DNA of 61,115 bases, the filler included. It is 4 parts of 4 records of this genome, joined end to end, with 100 filler letters (N's around TTAATTAATTAA, not from the genome) between each part and the next. Parts side by side here need not be neighbours in the genome. Positions count along the whole stretch, not along the records: positions 44,917 to 61,115 come from SRR20825019_2785; 3 more parts are not named here. One strand, given 5' to 3'. This document shows, piece by piece, positions 58,476-61,115 of the stretch (its first letter is position 1; each line of letters opens with the position of its first letter). Made by a program: the position numbers and the translations under genes. The notes beneath the pieces were generated by a model that was not told where the DNA came from, searched no databases, and was given only the letters and a program-made list of their open reading frames with translations.

Positions 58476-60301
58476 AAACCGTTCGATTAACCGCCGCCCA
58501 GGCGATGGTGCGGTATCTGAGCAAACAGCAGAACGAAGACGGTGTACCGTTTTTCGGCGGGTGCTGGGCGATTTTCGGTCATGGCAATGTCGCCGGAATG
58601 GGCGAGGCATTGCACGGTATTGGCGATGATTTCCCGACCTGGCGCGGCCATAACGAACAGGGCATGGCGCATGCCGCCATTGCCTATGCCAAGGCATCAA
58701 ACCGCAAACGTGCCATGACGGTCACGACATCGATCGGGCCCGGCGCGACCAATATGGTCACGGCCGCCGCATTGGCGCATGTCAACCGCCTGCCGGTCCT
58801 GTTTGTGCCCGGCGATGTGTTTGCCAATCGCGCCCCCGACCCGGTGTTGCAGCAGGTCGAGGATTTCGGCGATGGCACGATTTCGGCCAATGACTGTTTC
58901 AAGCCGGTCAGCCGTTATTTTGACCGCATCATGCGCGCCGAGCAGCTTTTGACCGCCCTGCCACGCGCCATGGCGACATTGACCGATCCGGCTGATTGCG
59001 GCCCGGTGACATTGGCATTCTGTCAGGATGTGCAGGCAGAAGCCTTTGACTGGCCCGAAAGTTTCTTTGAGACCAAAATCTGGAAAACCCAGCGTCCGCG
59101 CGCCGATCTGGATCAGCTTGACGCGGCGGTGGCGGCGATCAAGGCTGCCAAACAGCCAATGATCATTGCCGGTGGCGGAGTGCATTATGCAGGTGCCTGC
59201 GATGCCCTGGCCGAGTTCGCCCATCGTCACAATATTCCGGTTGGGGAAACGCAGGCGGGTAAATCGTCCATGCCGTGGGATGATGATCTTAACCTTGGTT
59301 CCATTGGTGTCACGGGGGCAAGCAGTGCCAATGCGATTGCCGAAAATGCCGATCTGATCATTGCGGTCGGGACACGGTTGCAGGATTTCACCACCGGCAG
59401 CTGGGCCCTTTTCAAGCATCCGGATCGGCGCATTCTGTCGATCAATGTCGCGGCCTATGACGCGGCCAAACATAATGCGATTGCGGTGACGGGGGATGCC
59501 AAAATCACCCTTGCCGAAATTGGCAACATGCTGGGCGATTACCGGGCACCGGCGATTGATGCCGGGCTTAAATCCGATTGGATTGCGGCGGTGGACAAGG
59601 TGACGGCAACACCAACGGGCAATGCCCTTCCGACCGATGCGCAGGTGATTGGTGCGGTTCAGCGCAGTGTTGATGACGATGCGATTGTGGTTTGTGCGGC
59701 GGGTGGTCTGCCCGGCGAGCTGCACAAGCTTTGGAAGGCGGCAAAACCCAACGGTTATCACGTTGAATACGGCTTTTCCTGCATGGGATATGAAATTGCC
59801 GGCGGGCTTGGGGTCAAGATGGCACAGCCCGACCGCGAGGTCGTCGTGATGGTCGGTGACGGGTCATACATGATGATGAATTCCGAACTGGCGACCAGTG
59901 TGATGCTGGGCCACAAGATCATCACCGTGATCCTTGATAACCGTGGTTATGGCTGTATCAACCGGTTGCAGATGGCGACGGGTGGGGAGAGTTTCAACAA
60001 CCTTCTGGATACCGCACGCCATGTGGTGCCGTCCGCGATTGATTTCACCGCCCATGCCGGATCGATGGGGGCGATTGCCGAAAAGGTATCGTCGATCAGC
60101 GAACTGGAAGCGGCGATGGAACGTGCGCGCAAGGCCGACCGGTCATACGCCATTGTCATTGATACCGATCCCCTGCCAAGCACCGACGCCGGTGGTCATT
60201 GGTGGGATGTTGCCGTGCCGGAAGTTTCGGTGCGGCCAACAGTGAACGAAGCCCGCAAAAATTACGAAGCTGCGCTTAAACAACAGCGCCCCGGAGATTA
60301 A
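58472..60301 (+). CDS. iolD: 3D-(3,5/4)-trihydroxycyclohexane-1,2-dione hydrolase
   Basis: [33 protein letters not shown] (TPP), [10 protein letters not shown]. Confidence 0.96.
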   Translation: MKTVRLTAAQAMVRYLSKQQNEDGVPFFGGCWAIFGHGNVAGMGEALHGIGDDFPTWRGHNEQGMAHAAIAYAKASNRKRAMTVTTSIGPGATNMVTAAALAHVNRLPVLFVPGDVFANRAPDPVLQQVEDFGDGTISANDCFKPVSRYFDRIMRAEQLLTALPRAMATLTDPADCGPVTLAFCQDVQAEAFDWPESFFETKIWKTQRPRADLDQLDAAVAAIKAAKQPMIIAGGGVHYAGACDALAEFAHRHNIPVGETQAGKSSMPWDDDLNLGSIGVTGASSANAIAENADLIIAVGTRLQDFTTGSWALFKHPDRRILSINVAAYDAAKHNAIAVTGDAKITLAEIGNMLGDYRAPAIDAGLKSDWIAAVDKVTATPTGNALPTDAQVIGAVQRSVDDDAIVVCAAGGLPGELHKLWKAAKPNGYHVEYGFSCMGYEIAGGLGVKMAQPDREVVVMVGDGSYMMMNSELATSVMLGHKIITVILDNRGYGCINRLQMATGGESFNNLLDTARHVVPSAIDFTAHAGSMGAIAEKVSSISELEAAMERARKADRSYAIVIDTDPLPSTDAGGHWWDVAVPEVSVRPTVNEARKNYEAALKQQRPGD

Positions 60302-60305
60302 GAAA

Positions 60306-61115
60306 ATGATCCTTTACGGTACCAACCCGATTGCCTGGTCCAATGACGATGATCAGACGCTGGGTGCTGAAATCAGCCTTGAAACCTGTTTGTCCGAAGC
60401 AGGCGAAATCGGTTTTGACGGGATTGAAAAAGGCCACAAGATGCCGACCGAACCGGCGGCACTCAAGGCCAAGCTTGACCCCAACGGGCTTAAATTCGTG
60501 TCGGGCTGGCATTCGCTTAACCTTCTGACCCATTCGGTCGAGGACGAGAAAAAGGCGATCCAGCCGCATCTGGATTTGCTGAAAGCGATGGGATGCAAGG
60601 TGTGCATCGTGTGTGAAACCAGCAATGCGATCCACGGCAATGACAATGCCGCCTTGTCCGAAAGCCCCGTTTTGCCAGCGGACAAATGGGCGAAATTTGG
60701 CGCGGATGTTGAGGCGATTGCCGCCTATTGCGCCGATCAGGGTGTGACATTGGTGTATCATCACCATATGGGCACAATTGTTGAAACGGCTGATGAAATT
60801 CATGCCTTCATGGCCCATACCGGCCCGAAAACGCATTTGTTGCTGGATACAGGCCACGCATGGTTTGGCGGGGCAAATCCCGAAGAACTGGCCAGCCGTT
60901 ATATGGATCGGGTGGCGCATATCCATTGCAAAAACGTGCGTCCGAAAATCGCCGAGCAGGTGCGCAATCAGCATCTGAGCTTCCTTGAAGGGGTGCGGCG
61001 CGGGGTGTTTACCGTGCCCGGCGACGAGGAAGGCATTGTTGATTTCGAACCGGTTCTGAAGATCGCGGCCGAGCATGATTATTCCGGCTGGCTGGTGATC
61101 GAGGCCGAACAGGAC
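60306..61115 (+). CDS. iolE: Myo-inosose-2 dehydratase, 3'-truncated
   Basis: [45 protein letters not shown]; open to the window end and absent from the ORF track. Confidence 0.94.
   Translation, partial: MILYGTNPIAWSNDDDQTLGAEISLETCLSEAGEIGFDGIEKGHKMPTEPAALKAKLDPNGLKFVSGWHSLNLLTHSVEDEKKAIQPHLDLLKAMGCKVCIVCETSNAIHGNDNAALSESPVLPADKWAKFGADVEAIAAYCADQGVTLVYHHHMGTIVETADEIHAFMAHTGPKTHLLLDTGHAWFGGANPEELASRYMDRVAHIHCKNVRPKIAEQVRNQHLSFLEGVRRGVFTVPGDEEGIVDFEPVLKIAAEHDYSGWLVIEAEQD

Overview
The window is not one locus. It is four unrelated contigs joined by 100-nt N/TTAATTAATTAA/N spacers (26031-26130, 38490-38589, 44817-44916). Contig 1 (1-26030, AT-rich, Bacteroidota/Flavobacteriales-like by inference) starts with the 3' part of tRNA-Asn. 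An 18-kb, tightly coupled 8-gene operon follows, in which every product has an N-terminal export or anchor signal: two unknown secreted proteins, a Skp/OmpH-like chaperone, a probable lipoprotein, a 2186-aa SpvB/TcB-like YD protein, a LolA-like protein, a 2509-aa Rhs protein ending in a clan-CD (His-Gly...Cys) protease-like tip, and a candidate immunity protein. This apparently Sec-routed B/C-shell polymorphic toxin system, with no TcA or T6SS genes, is the best candidate for an undescribed system. Contig 1 also has a frameshifted lipoprotein, a transglutaminase-like protein, an ALDH, a T9SS-tagged cyanophycinase-like peptidase and an OmpA/MotB lipoprotein. Contig 2 (26131-38489, GC-rich alphaproteobacterium) is an uncharacterised N-heterocycle catabolic cluster: HpyO-like flavoprotein, questin-oxidase-like protein, two deaminases, LysR, creatininase, CocE/NonD and ABC transporters. 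Contig 3 (38590-44816, Rhizobiales-like) is housekeeping: guaA end, der, CNNM/hemolysin, purF end. Contig 4 (44917-61115, alphaproteobacterium) has a kduD/kduI uronate cluster with an unknown 822-aa lyase-like protein and a myo-inositol (iol) catabolic operon. All family and taxon calls come from motifs recognised by eye; no searches were run.
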